Shown here piece by piece: positions 1-9,327 of a stretch of DNA of 64,000 bases. The stretch is taken from contig CAVYLP010000006.1 in assembly GCA_963769425.1 (NCBI GenBank), positions 864,001-928,000 of the forward strand, in the 5' to 3' direction. The number at the start of each line of letters is the position of its first letter. The first letter of the stretch is position 1. A model generated the notes under the pieces. The model had not been told where the DNA came from, ran no database searches, and worked only from the letters and a program-made list of their open reading frames with translations. A program made the translations under genes and the position numbers. Source of the stretch: Candidatus Bathyarchaeota archaeon (GTDB lineage: Archaea; Thermoproteota; Bathyarchaeia; TCS64).

Positions 1-141
1 TGCTTAGTTTGGTGTGCAATCAGAGCCGTTTCTGGGCTCCTTTCCCTGCACGGCGCGTTTCTCGGGTGTATCAATGTGACCCCCTTTTTCTATGGGTAAA
101 GTGGCTTCGCTAGGGCCACGTTTCACAGATAAACACGTATC

Positions 142-172
142 CACATAAATACATACGCACATAAATACATAC
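142..172. repeat. Direct repeat CACATAAATACATAC x2 (16-bp period) next to a TATA-like CTTATAA
   Basis: Exact 15-mer at 142-156 and 158-172; TATA-like element at 174-180. Confidence 0.75.
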
Positions 173-283
173 CCTTATAAGCACCTAGGCACGTATATAC
201 TTATGCAGGTAGGCGAAGCATGTCGCCCTCTGCGAGTTAGCTCAGCGAGCGCTGGACGAAAAAAGGGAAGCTGAAAGAAGAAG

Positions 284-433
284 ATGGGCCGAATAAACGT
301 GGAACTCCCCGATGAGCTTGAGAGGAAGCTCAGATTCAAGACGATCGAGAAGTTCGGCGGGAAAAAAGGCGACCTCACGAGGGCGATAGAGGAGGCCGTG
401 AACAAGTGGGTCGCAACAGAGCAGCACCAGTAA
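284..433 (+). CDS. Small ribbon-helix-helix (CopG-like) DNA-binding protein, 49 aa (not in ORF track)
   Basis: Translated by hand: MGRINVELPDELERKLRFKTIEKFGGKKGDLTRAIEEAVNKWVATEQHQ; beta-strand then two helices, typical of RHH. Confidence 0.75.
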   Translation: MGRINVELPDELERKLRFKTIEKFGGKKGDLTRAIEEAVNKWVATEQHQ

Positions 434-578
434 GGGACGCAGACAGATAGCCCGAATATAGCAGTCGGCCCCCTCCGCATGCGCGGTGCAATAAGAGCAT
501 TATAGAAGCGCACGCGGAGGAAGGATGGGCACCCGGTTTCTATGGGAAGAAGAACAGTGAAGGAAGAAGGAAAACACG

Positions 579-1040
579 ATGACAAACCAAAACATGAACG
601 CAGAGGAACGTAGACTAATAATACTCAAGGGGATAGGGCAGGACCACTCAACCATAGAGATCGCCGCCGAGATGGGTGTCAGGAAGTGGATGGTGCTTAA
701 CGACCTGAGGGCCATGAACTACAGCAGAGACCCTGAGCTCAAGCAGGCATACGCCGACAAGGAGACGCGTTCACACGCAGGCAGGGAGTCAAAGATCAGT
801 GTGCGGGACGAGAGGTTCCGCCACATGACTGGCATGACATTCCAGGAGAAGAACTTCGAGAACATGATCAGCTACTACCGCGCGGAACTCGATACTATAT
901 ACAAGTCGAAGGACGAGTGCACCGCCATCACAGGCCTATCAAATGACATCAGGAAGACGCTGAGGCGCAACGAAATTGTCACCGGGAGCAGGAACAGGAT
1001 TCAGCTCACGACCAAGGCCCGTACGTTCCTCAAGAACTAG
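579..1040 (+). CDS. Hypothetical protein with N-terminal HTH
   Basis: STIEIAAEMGVRKWMVLNDL resembles an HTH; host-like codon usage. Confidence 0.65.
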   Translation: MTNQNMNAEERRLIILKGIGQDHSTIEIAAEMGVRKWMVLNDLRAMNYSRDPELKQAYADKETRSHAGRESKISVRDERFRHMTGMTFQEKNFENMISYYRAELDTIYKSKDECTAITGLSNDIRKTLRRNEIVTGSRNRIQLTTKARTFLKN

Positions 1041-1048
1041 GTGAGTCG

Positions 1049-1333
1049 ATGATTATACAATCGGTAGAATCTATATCTTTCAACGAGAAGAAGCACAGCG
1101 GGAGACCCGACTCGAAGACGGTGTTCTCGGACGTCATAAAGTGCCTCCCGAACGACCTACTAACAGGAATTACGATCCTTCTCCAGGACTCGGGCTACAT
1201 CACCATTAGGCCGATAAAGTTGGCGAGGATGGATTGGTACAGGCTCGATAGAAGCGTAAAGAAGATGGGCGGAGTATGGGTCCGCGGCGCAAGGCTGAGT
1301 CACTGGAGCATCCCGCTGACTCGTCTCAACTAA
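1049..1333 (+). CDS. Hypothetical protein
   Basis: 94-aa ORF directly after the upstream gene, with a GGTGAG SD-like motif before the ATG. Confidence 0.6.
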   Translation: MIIQSVESISFNEKKHSGRPDSKTVFSDVIKCLPNDLLTGITILLQDSGYITIRPIKLARMDWYRLDRSVKKMGGVWVRGARLSHWSIPLTRLN

Positions 1334-1680
1334 TAGCGATCGCAGCGTTCCTCATTTTCACTAGACGGGAAAGGGCAACAGCCCGAATCACACACCCTTG
1401 AGCCCCCCTCGATCAGTCGGATATTTTCAGGTTCAACGATATCATTCCCGCACGAGCCGTTGAGTAGCAGTTCCAAGGCGACCTCTCTGGAACTCGATCA
1501 GGATGATACTTTTGAGTGTATTGACCGAGTCCGAAAAGCGTGATAATCAACTTCTAGGCGCATTAGAAACAGTTCGTGGCACAAAGAAGTATACTACTCC
1601 ACGGTTAGTTGGGCGCACGAATTAGCTATTATGTGCGGCTAGTCAGTCGCGCGCTATTTGAATGGAATAATTGACTATAT

Positions 1681-2010
1681 TTAGTTTTTATCTTCTTCCT
1701 CGTCTTCCCCGTGTTCTTCCTCTTCTTTCTCCTCAGGGGTCTCTACCGCGAATTCTTCCTCCTTTTCCCACTCTTCCCGATCTTCTTTCTCATCCTCCTG
1801 AGTCTCCTCGTCTTCAGCTTCGGTTTCTTCCTCTTCGTGTTCCTTCTCGCGTTCCTCCTCGTGCTCGGCCTCACGGTTTTCGCTGCCTTTCTCTGAGCAG
1901 TTGATGATCATTTTCTCCTCATGTGAGTCGTCGTCATCGAGGAGCTGCAAGTCGAATGTTCCGTACAGGTACAATTCCTCCACTTCTCCATAGACGCAGG
2001 GTTCAAGCAT
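1681..2010 (-). CDS. Glu-rich acidic hypothetical protein (possibly a gene fragment)
   Basis: 109-aa ORF whose C-terminal half is mostly E/D/K. Confidence 0.4.
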   Translation of the reverse strand: MLEPCVYGEVEELYLYGTFDLQLLDDDDSHEEKMIINCSEKGSENREAEHEEEREKEHEEEETEAEDEETQEDEKEDREEWEKEEEFAVETPEEKEEEEHGEDEEEDKN

Positions 2011-2057
2011 GGTTAGTCCATTGAAATTCCAGCACTTTAATCCTCCCTATCCCCTTC

Positions 2058-3302
2058 TTAGTACAGTCTTAGGTCTAAGCCTTGAGTAAAATATATGAGA
2101 AATAGGCTTCTAACGGCGCGATCTTTGCTTTCGTATCGCTGGTCCCCTTCATCCTTGTTCTCCCCGCGTCGTGCGGTGTGGGGGCCACGCTTAGTCTTCA
2201 ACATCTCTCTCTCGAGGGTGTTGAGCATGTCCTCGAACGTCTGTAGCATATCGTATCCTTCCCCGTGGGCGTTTATCTGCTCGGTGGCGCTGATGACCCT
2301 CGCCGACATCTCGTACCTGTTACGCTCCCCACCTTCATTCGTCTTCTTGATGACTATCGAGACCTCGCTTATGTTGGGGTGAACCTTTATCCCCTTCTTT
2401 ATGATTCGGTCGACCTTTGCCTCGGCTTCGGCTCGGTCAAAGAAATCCTCCTCGCTGAGGCCTACTATCTGGATGTGTAGCTCCGTGGCTAGGGGGTGCC
2501 TCGCTATCAGGGCGATGAGCTCACGTGGGGTGATTATCCCTTGAATAATGCCCTTGGGGTCCATTATCAGGCAAGCGCTCTTCCTCCGGTCCCTTAGGCC
2601 GCGGGCTACATCGAGGGCGGAGGCGTCTACGCCGACCGTCAGGGGCTGTTCGTCCATGATCCCGCCCAGCTCACCCTTGTACTTGGACGTGTTTTCGCTC
2701 TGCTTTTCACCCAGCTTGCTTCGCCCCTGAGGCTTTAGGAAGATCTCGATTAGGTCCTGCGCAGTGACCATGCCGACGAGCTTTCCCTCTCTGGTCACGG
2801 GGATGTGGCTGAATCCCTTATCGAGCATGGTGCTTCGCGCTTTAGAGATTGCCTCCTTGGCGTCTATGCTCGTCACCGGTGTCTTCGCCAGATCCTTCGC
2901 GGGGATGTTCCCCAGCTCAGGGCAGTCTGCCATCGCCTTGATTATGTCTAGCTGGGAGATGATTCCCACGGGTTTGGTCCCCTCAACGACGGGGAGGGCC
3001 CTCTCGTTTATCCTGAGGAGCTCAGCCGCTACGCCGGTCACGACACTGTTAGGGGTAACCTGGGTCAGGGGCTTCCATAGATGAACGAGCTTCGTGCTCT
3101 CGGGCTGAGAGACGTTGAGCAGGTGCCTGAGGGTAATCAGGCCTACCTTATCCCCCTCCTGAACCGCTGCCTCGTAGCGGCCGGTCCTCTCTAGCTCACC
3201 GAGGACCCTGCTGACTGATTCTTCGGGTGAGAAGAGTACGAGACGCTTGTCGAGGAGCGTGGAGATCTCTGTTCGGCCCAATTCATCGAGGCTTTTCGTC
3301 AT
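2058..3302 (-). CDS. CBS-domain protein with C-terminal HPF/RaiA-like domain (archaeal ribosome hibernation factor-like)
   Basis: Start refined to MTKSLDEL; four CBS repeats (e.g. ALPVVEG, SHIPVTREGKLVGMVT); C-terminal EVSIVIKK..RYEMSARV..INAHGEGYDMLQTFEDMLNTLERE fits the HPF fold. Confidence 0.75.
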   Translation of the reverse strand: MTKSLDELGRTEISTLLDKRLVLFSPEESVSRVLGELERTGRYEAAVQEGDKVGLITLRHLLNVSQPESTKLVHLWKPLTQVTPNSVVTGVAAELLRINERALPVVEGTKPVGIISQLDIIKAMADCPELGNIPAKDLAKTPVTSIDAKEAISKARSTMLDKGFSHIPVTREGKLVGMVTAQDLIEIFLKPQGRSKLGEKQSENTSKYKGELGGIMDEQPLTVGVDASALDVARGLRDRRKSACLIMDPKGIIQGIITPRELIALIARHPLATELHIQIVGLSEEDFFDRAEAEAKVDRIIKKGIKVHPNISEVSIVIKKTNEGGERNRYEMSARVISATEQINAHGEGYDMLQTFEDMLNTLEREMLKTKRGPHTARRGENKDEGDQRYESKDRAVRSLFLIYFTQGLDLRLY

Positions 3303-3462
3303 AATTGAACACACTGATTGATCTTTGGAATTGGACGATTTATACCAGTCCCCGGTAAACGGAACAATTACAAATGACTCGATCTCCCCTTTTTCTGTTC
3401 CCGGGCGATTAAAGCCACGGTATCCTTTTAGTCGATGCCTTCCATACCTTGTTGATATTTGT

Positions 3463-4200
3463 ATGTCGCAGGTTGAGGGGCGTAACCCGGTTCTCGAGAC
3501 CCTTAAGCGGGGCGAGGTCCGTAAGCTGCTGGTGGTCGAGGGGACGACGACTGATCCCAAGATGAAGGAGATCGTCGAGCTGGCGAAGAGGCGCGGGTCA
3601 CCTGTCGAGTTCGTTGAGAAGATGGTGCTGGATAAGATGACGGAGACGAACCACCATCAGGGCGTGATCGCCCTCGTCGAGGCCCCCGGCTACGTCTCCC
3701 TCAACCGCGTCATCGAGAAAGCGGGGCGGGAGCCCTGCGTGGTCATACTGGACGGAGTGCAGGACCCACAGAACTTCGGCAGCATACTACGCACCGCGGA
3801 CGCCACGGGCGTCGACGTGATCCTCATTCCGAAGAAGGAGGGGGTCGGTCTGACTCCCACCGTGCTGCGCGTGAGCATGGGGGGAGGAGCATACGTGCCG
3901 GTTGCCCGCGAGAGCATCTACCCCGCCGTCAAGTTCCTCAAGGACGAGGGATTCAAGATAGTCGCCGTCGACGCCTCAGGGGACAAGGACCTCTGGACCG
4001 AGAATCTATCGAGTGCCGTGGCCTTCGTCTTCGGCGGTGAGGGAGAGGGGATAAGCCCGACACTGCGAGACAAGTGTGACTCAGTTGTCAGAATACCGAT
4101 GAAGGGGCACATCTCTAGCCTCAACGTCGGTGTATCGGCCGCCGTGGTGCTCTATGAGCGACTCCGCCAGCGTCAGGCTAAACCGCCAAGACATGCGTGA
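3463..4200 (+). CDS. rlmB: RlmB/TrmH (SpoU) family RNA 2'-O-methyltransferase
   Basis: EGRNPVLE, HQGVIA, LDGVQDPQNFGSILRTA, FGGEGEG, IPMKG..SLNVGVSAA motifs. Confidence 0.9.
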   Translation: MSQVEGRNPVLETLKRGEVRKLLVVEGTTTDPKMKEIVELAKRRGSPVEFVEKMVLDKMTETNHHQGVIALVEAPGYVSLNRVIEKAGREPCVVILDGVQDPQNFGSILRTADATGVDVILIPKKEGVGLTPTVLRVSMGGGAYVPVARESIYPAVKFLKDEGFKIVAVDASGDKDLWTENLSSAVAFVFGGEGEGISPTLRDKCDSVVRIPMKGHISSLNVGVSAAVVLYERLRQRQAKPPRHA

Positions 4201-4368
4201 GGAAGAAGATGCTCCCCACCACCAGGCGAAGACGCAAGTTTCAATCCCTAGGAAGAATAGCTCGCTCTCCCTCTCCTTTGCGAACGCGAGGTAGACGTGG
4301 GCCTCGGGAGATATGTGGTACTAGCAGTAGACCCGTGGGCATAAGGGGTTTATCGAATCCAGATTGGA

Positions 4369-5421
4369 TTAGTCGTGGGGGGCACCCTCGGATTCGAGGA
4401 GGCTCTTCTTCCTGTCGATCCCCCACCTGTAGCCGCCGAGGCCGCCGCCCTTCCTGACGACGCGGTGGCAGGGGATTATAAGGGAGACGGGGTTCATGGC
4501 ACATGCCCTGCTGACGGCCCGCGCTGCCGTGGGCTCCCCGATCGATCGGGCAACCTCCTCGTAGCTGCGAACCGAGCCCCTCGGGATGGCCTGCAGCTCC
4601 CTCCAGACGCGTCGCTGGAAGTCAGTCCCCGCCACGTCGAGGGGGATGGATCCCAGCTGTGTCGCCCTACCCGCAAGGTAGTCGAGGATTTCGATGGTCC
4701 ACGGGTCCAACTTACCTTCCTCCCTCGTTATCTCGGCCGCCGGGTACTCTCGGCGGAGCGCCTCCTCCTGCGCCGCGTCACCGTCGCCGAGGCTGAGGTG
4801 GCAGATGCCGTGGCTCGTCCGGGCGACGAGAAGCCTCCCGTGGGGAGAGTCAACGACCCTGTACCTGATCTTCATTCCCTCCCCTGCCCGCTTGTAGGCG
4901 CCGGGGGTCATGCCGAGCTTCGCGTTGGCGTCCTTGTAGAGCCAGCTGGTTGAGCCGTACCCTACTCCGTACACCGCCTGGGTGACTGGTTCCCCCTGCT
5001 TCAGCTTCTGCTTGAGGCGCTCCACCCTGCACGCCTCCTGGTACTGGCGGGGGGTGAGGCCCATAAACTGCTTGAAGATCCTCTGGAGGTGTGCGGCGCT
5101 CACGCCGACCTCTATTGAGAGGTCATCGAGTGTGATCTTCTCCCCCTGGTTACTGCGGATGTACTCACACGCCCTCTTCACCCACGCCAGTTGTGGAGAG
5201 TCACGTTCCCTTGGCTTACAGCGTAGGCAGGCTCGGTATCCCGCGGCCTCTGCCGCCTCTGGTGTCGGGTAGAATGTGACGTTCTCCCTCTTCGGGTGCC
5301 TGCTGGGGCAAGAGGGACGGCAGTATATGCCGGTCGTGCGAACTGCGACAACGAACTTTCCATCAAACGAAGCATCCCGGTTCTCCACCGCTCTCCACAT
5401 CTCGTCCTCGTTCCCTGCCAT
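4369..5421 (-). CDS. ada: Bifunctional transcriptional activator / O6-methylguanine-DNA methyltransferase Ada
   Basis: N-terminal Zn site TTGIYCRPSC..ACLRC, AraC-type HTH, C-terminal IPCHRV active site; start refined to MAGNEDEM. Confidence 0.93.
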   Translation of the reverse strand: MAGNEDEMWRAVENRDASFDGKFVVAVRTTGIYCRPSCPSRHPKRENVTFYPTPEAAEAAGYRACLRCKPRERDSPQLAWVKRACEYIRSNQGEKITLDDLSIEVGVSAAHLQRIFKQFMGLTPRQYQEACRVERLKQKLKQGEPVTQAVYGVGYGSTSWLYKDANAKLGMTPGAYKRAGEGMKIRYRVVDSPHGRLLVARTSHGICHLSLGDGDAAQEEALRREYPAAEITREEGKLDPWTIEILDYLAGRATQLGSIPLDVAGTDFQRRVWRELQAIPRGSVRSYEEVARSIGEPTAARAVSRACAMNPVSLIIPCHRVVRKGGGLGGYRWGIDRKKSLLESEGAPHD

Positions 5422-5538
5422 CCTACCCGCCTTCTGACTGACCAGAGGCGGGGCGCTTTTAATGCTTTGAGTCTGAATCGTGCGGTCAAAGCCACCGGGG
5501 AACGTTTTTAATCGGGGCACTCGGGTTTGAATCCGGGT

Positions 5539-5730
5539 ATGTCCAAGGGGCCGCGGCCCAGCTGCATCGGGATGCTCAGCGAGGATGAGGATTGTCAGGA
5601 GTGCGAGTGGAAGTCCGAGTGTGAGACACTGCTCAAGCAGGTTGAGGCCGACGTCTACAGGGGCGGGACACACGTACGCCTGACTGGGAAGTATAAGGAG
5701 CGGAAGTACAAGCCGAAGAAGATGCCCTGA
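5539..5730 (+). CDS. Small Cys-containing hypothetical protein (63 aa)
   Basis: MSKGPRPSC..DCQEC..SEC; basic C-terminus; T-rich tract after the stop. Confidence 0.6.
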   Translation: MSKGPRPSCIGMLSEDEDCQECEWKSECETLLKQVEADVYRGGTHVRLTGKYKERKYKPKKMP

Positions 5731-5806
5731 TTTACTCCCTTTTTAGGACCAGATAGTTGAAGTTGTTCGATCCCGCGAGGGGTTCGCCTGGTTCGTAGTC
5801 GAACCA

Positions 5807-6016
5807 TCAGATCACCCTGAGTCCCTTCCTATCGACTATGCTGGCGAGTTCCTTCCTCAGGATGATGACGGTCTCCGACTCATCCGTTATCACCAGCCCC
5901 TCCCCATGGTCGTCGACTACAATCGTGATCGTTTCAATGAGGGTACCCGTTGCTGCATCGAGGAGACGTGGGAGATAAGTGGTCTTGATCCTGACCCCTG
6001 CCGCTCCATCTTCCAT
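5807..6016 (-). CDS. Small hypothetical protein, last gene of the rad50 operon
   Basis: 69-aa ORF starting 10 bp after the rad50 stop on the same strand. Confidence 0.6.
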   Translation of the reverse strand: MEDGAAGVRIKTTYLPRLLDAATGTLIETITIVVDDHGEGLVITDESETVIILRKELASIVDRKGLRVI

Positions 6017-6025
6017 GTCTGCGGC

Positions 6026-8086
6026 TTAGCCGTAGGCGAGCTCCTGGCTCACCCTGCTTTCCCCGTCCACCTTCGTGACCCTGATGAGGTTAACGCCCTC
6101 CTCCTCCCCCTGCCCGTGGTGGGTGACGAGGAGCACCTGCCCGATCTCCCTGCTTCCCTGCGCGATGTACTCGAGCAGGTGGGGGACGTTCTCTGAGTCG
6201 ACGGCGTCCGTTGGCTCGTCGAGGATTAGGAGGTAGGGGAAGTTGCGGACCCTTAGGAGGGCGAGGCGCTCCGCGAGCGCGAAGAGGCTCTGGTGGCCTC
6301 CCCCAGCGCGCCACGCGGGCAGGGGCCTCGGGCTCCCCTTCGGCTGAACCTCGAGCGTGTACCGCTCACGATCGATCCTGCACGCGGAGTAGAGCTGCTG
6401 GTCGGTGAGCCGGCGGAAGTACTCGAAGGTCTGGTACTCGAGGAGCCGCAGCGTGTTCTCGCGCAGGTCCCTCTCGTAGTTCCCGTAGCGCTCCACGACA
6501 CCGTCGAGGGCCCTGATCTTTGCCTCGTACTCCTCGACCCTCTCTATCTTCAGCCTCGAGTCCTTGAGCGTCTGCTCAACTCCGGCTAGCTGTGCGCGCA
6601 GCCTCTTCTCCGATTGCTCCGCCTCCTGGAACCGGGCCTCCCTGTCCCTTACAGCGCCGACGAGCTCCCTCTCGGCGGCGCGCAGGGTCTTAAGCTTCTC
6701 CTCGACGCGCTTTCTGGCATCTTCTAGCCCCTTGACTGGGCCGAACTCCTTCTCGACGAGCTCAAGGACGCCCTCACTGCCAAGCTCGAGTCTCTCACTG
6801 AGTTTTCCCCCCACCTCGTCTAGCCTCAGTATGGCCCTCTTGCCCTCGTCAAGGCGAGCACGGAGGTTGAGGAAGCGGTCGACTGCCTTCTCCGCCTCGA
6901 CGCGCCTATCCGTGGCGGCCTTTGCCTGCGTCCTCAGTTCCTGTATCTCGTAGACGGCCGCGGCCTGCTGCTTCTTCGCGGCCTCGAGCTCCGCGGCCCA
7001 TTGGGCGAGGTCCTTCTCGATGGCTGCGGGGTCGATGGACTGCCCGCACTTCGGGCAGACGGTGAGCCCCTTGGCGACGAGGTCACGGTGCTCGGCGATC
7101 TGGTGGGTGAGCCTGTCGACGGTCGCCGCCGCGGCCCTGCGCCGCTGCTCCACCTCCGAGTCGCTGAGCTGGCGGAGCCGGTCCTCGGTCGCCTTCGCCG
7201 TCGATGCCCTGCTTTCCAACTCTCTTAATCTGAAGTCTGGGCTCTCCCCCATCTCAGAGACGACACCCTCAAGCTCGTCTTCCTTCGCCTCGCGTAGACT
7301 CCTGTTCCGCTCTACCTCCTGACTGATCGCGTCGAGCTCGTTGAAGTTTGTCTCGTAGCTCTCGACGCGCTCGACGGCGTCCTTCGCGTTCTGGAACTCG
7401 AATCGGCGGGCGCTTAGCTCGGAGACGAGAGTCACCTTCCTGCCGGTGATCTCCGCGAGCTGGGCACCGCCCTCCGCTAGGGTCTTCTCGGCGTTTCTTA
7501 TCCGCTCCTCGTAGGCGGGCTTGTTGTCTATTTCTCCTCGCTCGCGCAGCTTCGACTTGACGTCCCTGAGCTGCTCCCGTATCTCGCTTGGGGTGGTGAG
7601 GCCGAGTATCGCGTTCATGCGCCCCCTCTCGGGGTTGAGTATCTCGACGAACTCCTTCTGCCTCGCGTAGACGACGTTGAAGAATGTGCCGCTGCTGATG
7701 CCGAGGAGCTCCCTGAGCCTGTCCTGCGCGTCCCGCTCACGCGCGATGGGGGCTTTGTCCCCCTCGACCTGCATGAGGAACTCCTTCGCCTTGAACGCCT
7801 CGTCCGTCCCCTTCTTAGCGAGGGTCGCCTCGCGGTGGATGGTGACCTTGACCCCCTTTGGTGTCCTGAAGACGAGTTCGACGAATAGATCGCCGCCCCC
7901 GACGGGGAGGAGGTCCCTCTTCTCGACGCCTGGCACCTCGCCGAAGAAGCCGAAGAGGACCGCCTCGAGGATCGTGGTTTTCCCCGAGGCGTTGCGCCCG
8001 CTGATCTTGTTCACGCCGCGGGTGAATCGGATGGTCTGCTGGCCTCGATAGCTCTTGAAGCCGCGGAGGGTGAGGGACTCGATCAA
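6026..8086 (-). CDS. rad50: Rad50/SbcC-family SMC-like ATPase
   Basis: GFKSY, Walker A GRNASGKTT, Q-loop YARQ, coiled coil with zinc hook CPKC, Walker B LILDEPT, VTHH switch. Confidence 0.9.
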   Translation of the reverse strand: MIESLTLRGFKSYRGQQTIRFTRGVNKISGRNASGKTTILEAVLFGFFGEVPGVEKRDLLPVGGGDLFVELVFRTPKGVKVTIHREATLAKKGTDEAFKAKEFLMQVEGDKAPIARERDAQDRLRELLGISSGTFFNVVYARQKEFVEILNPERGRMNAILGLTTPSEIREQLRDVKSKLRERGEIDNKPAYEERIRNAEKTLAEGGAQLAEITGRKVTLVSELSARRFEFQNAKDAVERVESYETNFNELDAISQEVERNRSLREAKEDELEGVVSEMGESPDFRLRELESRASTAKATEDRLRQLSDSEVEQRRRAAAATVDRLTHQIAEHRDLVAKGLTVCPKCGQSIDPAAIEKDLAQWAAELEAAKKQQAAAVYEIQELRTQAKAATDRRVEAEKAVDRFLNLRARLDEGKRAILRLDEVGGKLSERLELGSEGVLELVEKEFGPVKGLEDARKRVEEKLKTLRAAERELVGAVRDREARFQEAEQSEKRLRAQLAGVEQTLKDSRLKIERVEEYEAKIRALDGVVERYGNYERDLRENTLRLLEYQTFEYFRRLTDQQLYSACRIDRERYTLEVQPKGSPRPLPAWRAGGGHQSLFALAERLALLRVRNFPYLLILDEPTDAVDSENVPHLLEYIAQGSREIGQVLLVTHHGQGEEEGVNLIRVTKVDGESRVSQELAYG

Positions 8087-9327
8087 GCCTTGCCCTCCCT
8101 AAAGGTCTTAGCCTCGAATCGGCGGACCCAGTCGACTATGAACTGCTCACGCTGCGTGGCGGTGAGAAGCCCCGTCTTCGTGCTCGCCTCCTCCTCAAGC
8201 GCCTCCCGGACCCGCCCGTGCACTTCCCTGATCTCCTCGGCGAAGCCACCAAAGTCGCGGAAGTATTCGGCGACGTCCGTGTTCTCCGCCATGGGGCGAG
8301 CAACACTCGGGGGGAGATTCAGCTCGAGAGTGTCGACGTCAACCCAGAGCAGGAGGGGGTCTTGAGCCGCCTCCCTGATCCTGTCCTCGCTCACGTCGCT
8401 GGGCCACCCATCACTCAGGGTGCCCTCGAGCTTGATCCTGATGTAGCCCTGCTTGTGCTGAGCGTGAAGCTCTTCGACGAAGCCGTGCAGGGTTTCTATC
8501 GCCTTCACCTCGTACCACTTCGGGTCCGCCCCGCGCCCGTTACCGATCTTCACCTGCCTCATCATGTGCAGGGGCTCGATGGGCACCCAGGTGAACTTGG
8601 GGCCCTCCGTGTCAACTATGTAGAAGCCCTTCTCCGGCTCCTCGGCGAAGTCGTATATCTCAGTACTCCCCGGGGTCAGGACCCATCCGTTGCCATTGAG
8701 CCTCCTCGGCTCGCAGCGCTGGTGGTAGTGGCCGGTGAACACGTAGTCCGCGCCGGAGGCTGCGAGCTGGTCGAGGCTGATGCTGCTGTCCCCCGGTGGG
8801 ACGTCGTTGTAGTTGGCGATGAAGCCGTGCAGCATCAGCACTTTTGTGCCCTTGCCCTTCTCGAGGGCGGGCTTCGCCAGCCTCTCGTAGGCGACGTCTA
8901 CCTGATCATAGTAGTTGAGCCCCACGACGTGCAAACGCTCGTCGTCATAGGTGATATTCTCGTCACCGAAGACGTGCAGATACCCTGCAAGGGGGTGCCT
9001 GATGTAGTCGAGGGCATCGCTTTGGCTCCGTCCGTCGTGGTTGCCCCTGATGACGAGGATGTGTATGCTCCGCTTGTGCTTCGCCTCCGTCTCTTTGACG
9101 AGGCGGAAGAGCTCCCTCTGGGTGAATTCAACCATGTGTGGGCGGAGTGTGCGCCTTTCGAAGAGGTCGCCGCAGATGAAGACATAGTCAACACCAGCTG
9201 CGACGATGGCGTCCACGGCTTTCGTCAGTGCCCTCTCGAACGCCATCCGCCTATGCTCCGCTATGGCGAGCGGTATGCTCCGCCCGATGTGGAGGTCGGC
9301 GAGGACGGCGAAGCGCATGGCTGCCAC
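8083..9327 (-). CDS. mre11: Mre11/SbcD-family nuclease
   Basis: DLHIG, GDLF, GNHD, LHG, GHYH phosphoesterase motifs; stop overlaps the rad50 start. Confidence 0.92.
   Translation of the reverse strand: MAAMRFAVLADLHIGRSIPLAIAEHRRMAFERALTKAVDAIVAAGVDYVFICGDLFERRTLRPHMVEFTQRELFRLVKETEAKHKRSIHILVIRGNHDGRSQSDALDYIRHPLAGYLHVFGDENITYDDERLHVVGLNYYDQVDVAYERLAKPALEKGKGTKVLMLHGFIANYNDVPPGDSSISLDQLAASGADYVFTGHYHQRCEPRRLNGNGWVLTPGSTEIYDFAEEPEKGFYIVDTEGPKFTWVPIEPLHMMRQVKIGNGRGADPKWYEVKAIETLHGFVEELHAQHKQGYIRIKLEGTLSDGWPSDVSEDRIREAAQDPLLLWVDVDTLELNLPPSVARPMAENTDVAEYFRDFGGFAEEIREVHGRVREALEEEASTKTGLLTATQREQFIVDWVRRFEAKTFREGKA

Noticed and set aside
1-74. Possible minus-strand gene start (TTG at 72-74) running off the window edge
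   Set aside because: Only 24 codons are visible and no motif is recognisable
3303-3560. N-terminal extensions of the CBS and RlmB ORFs (and similar ones for Ada, DnaG and UbiA)
   Set aside because: They overlap divergent genes or promoters; downstream starts match the family N-termini
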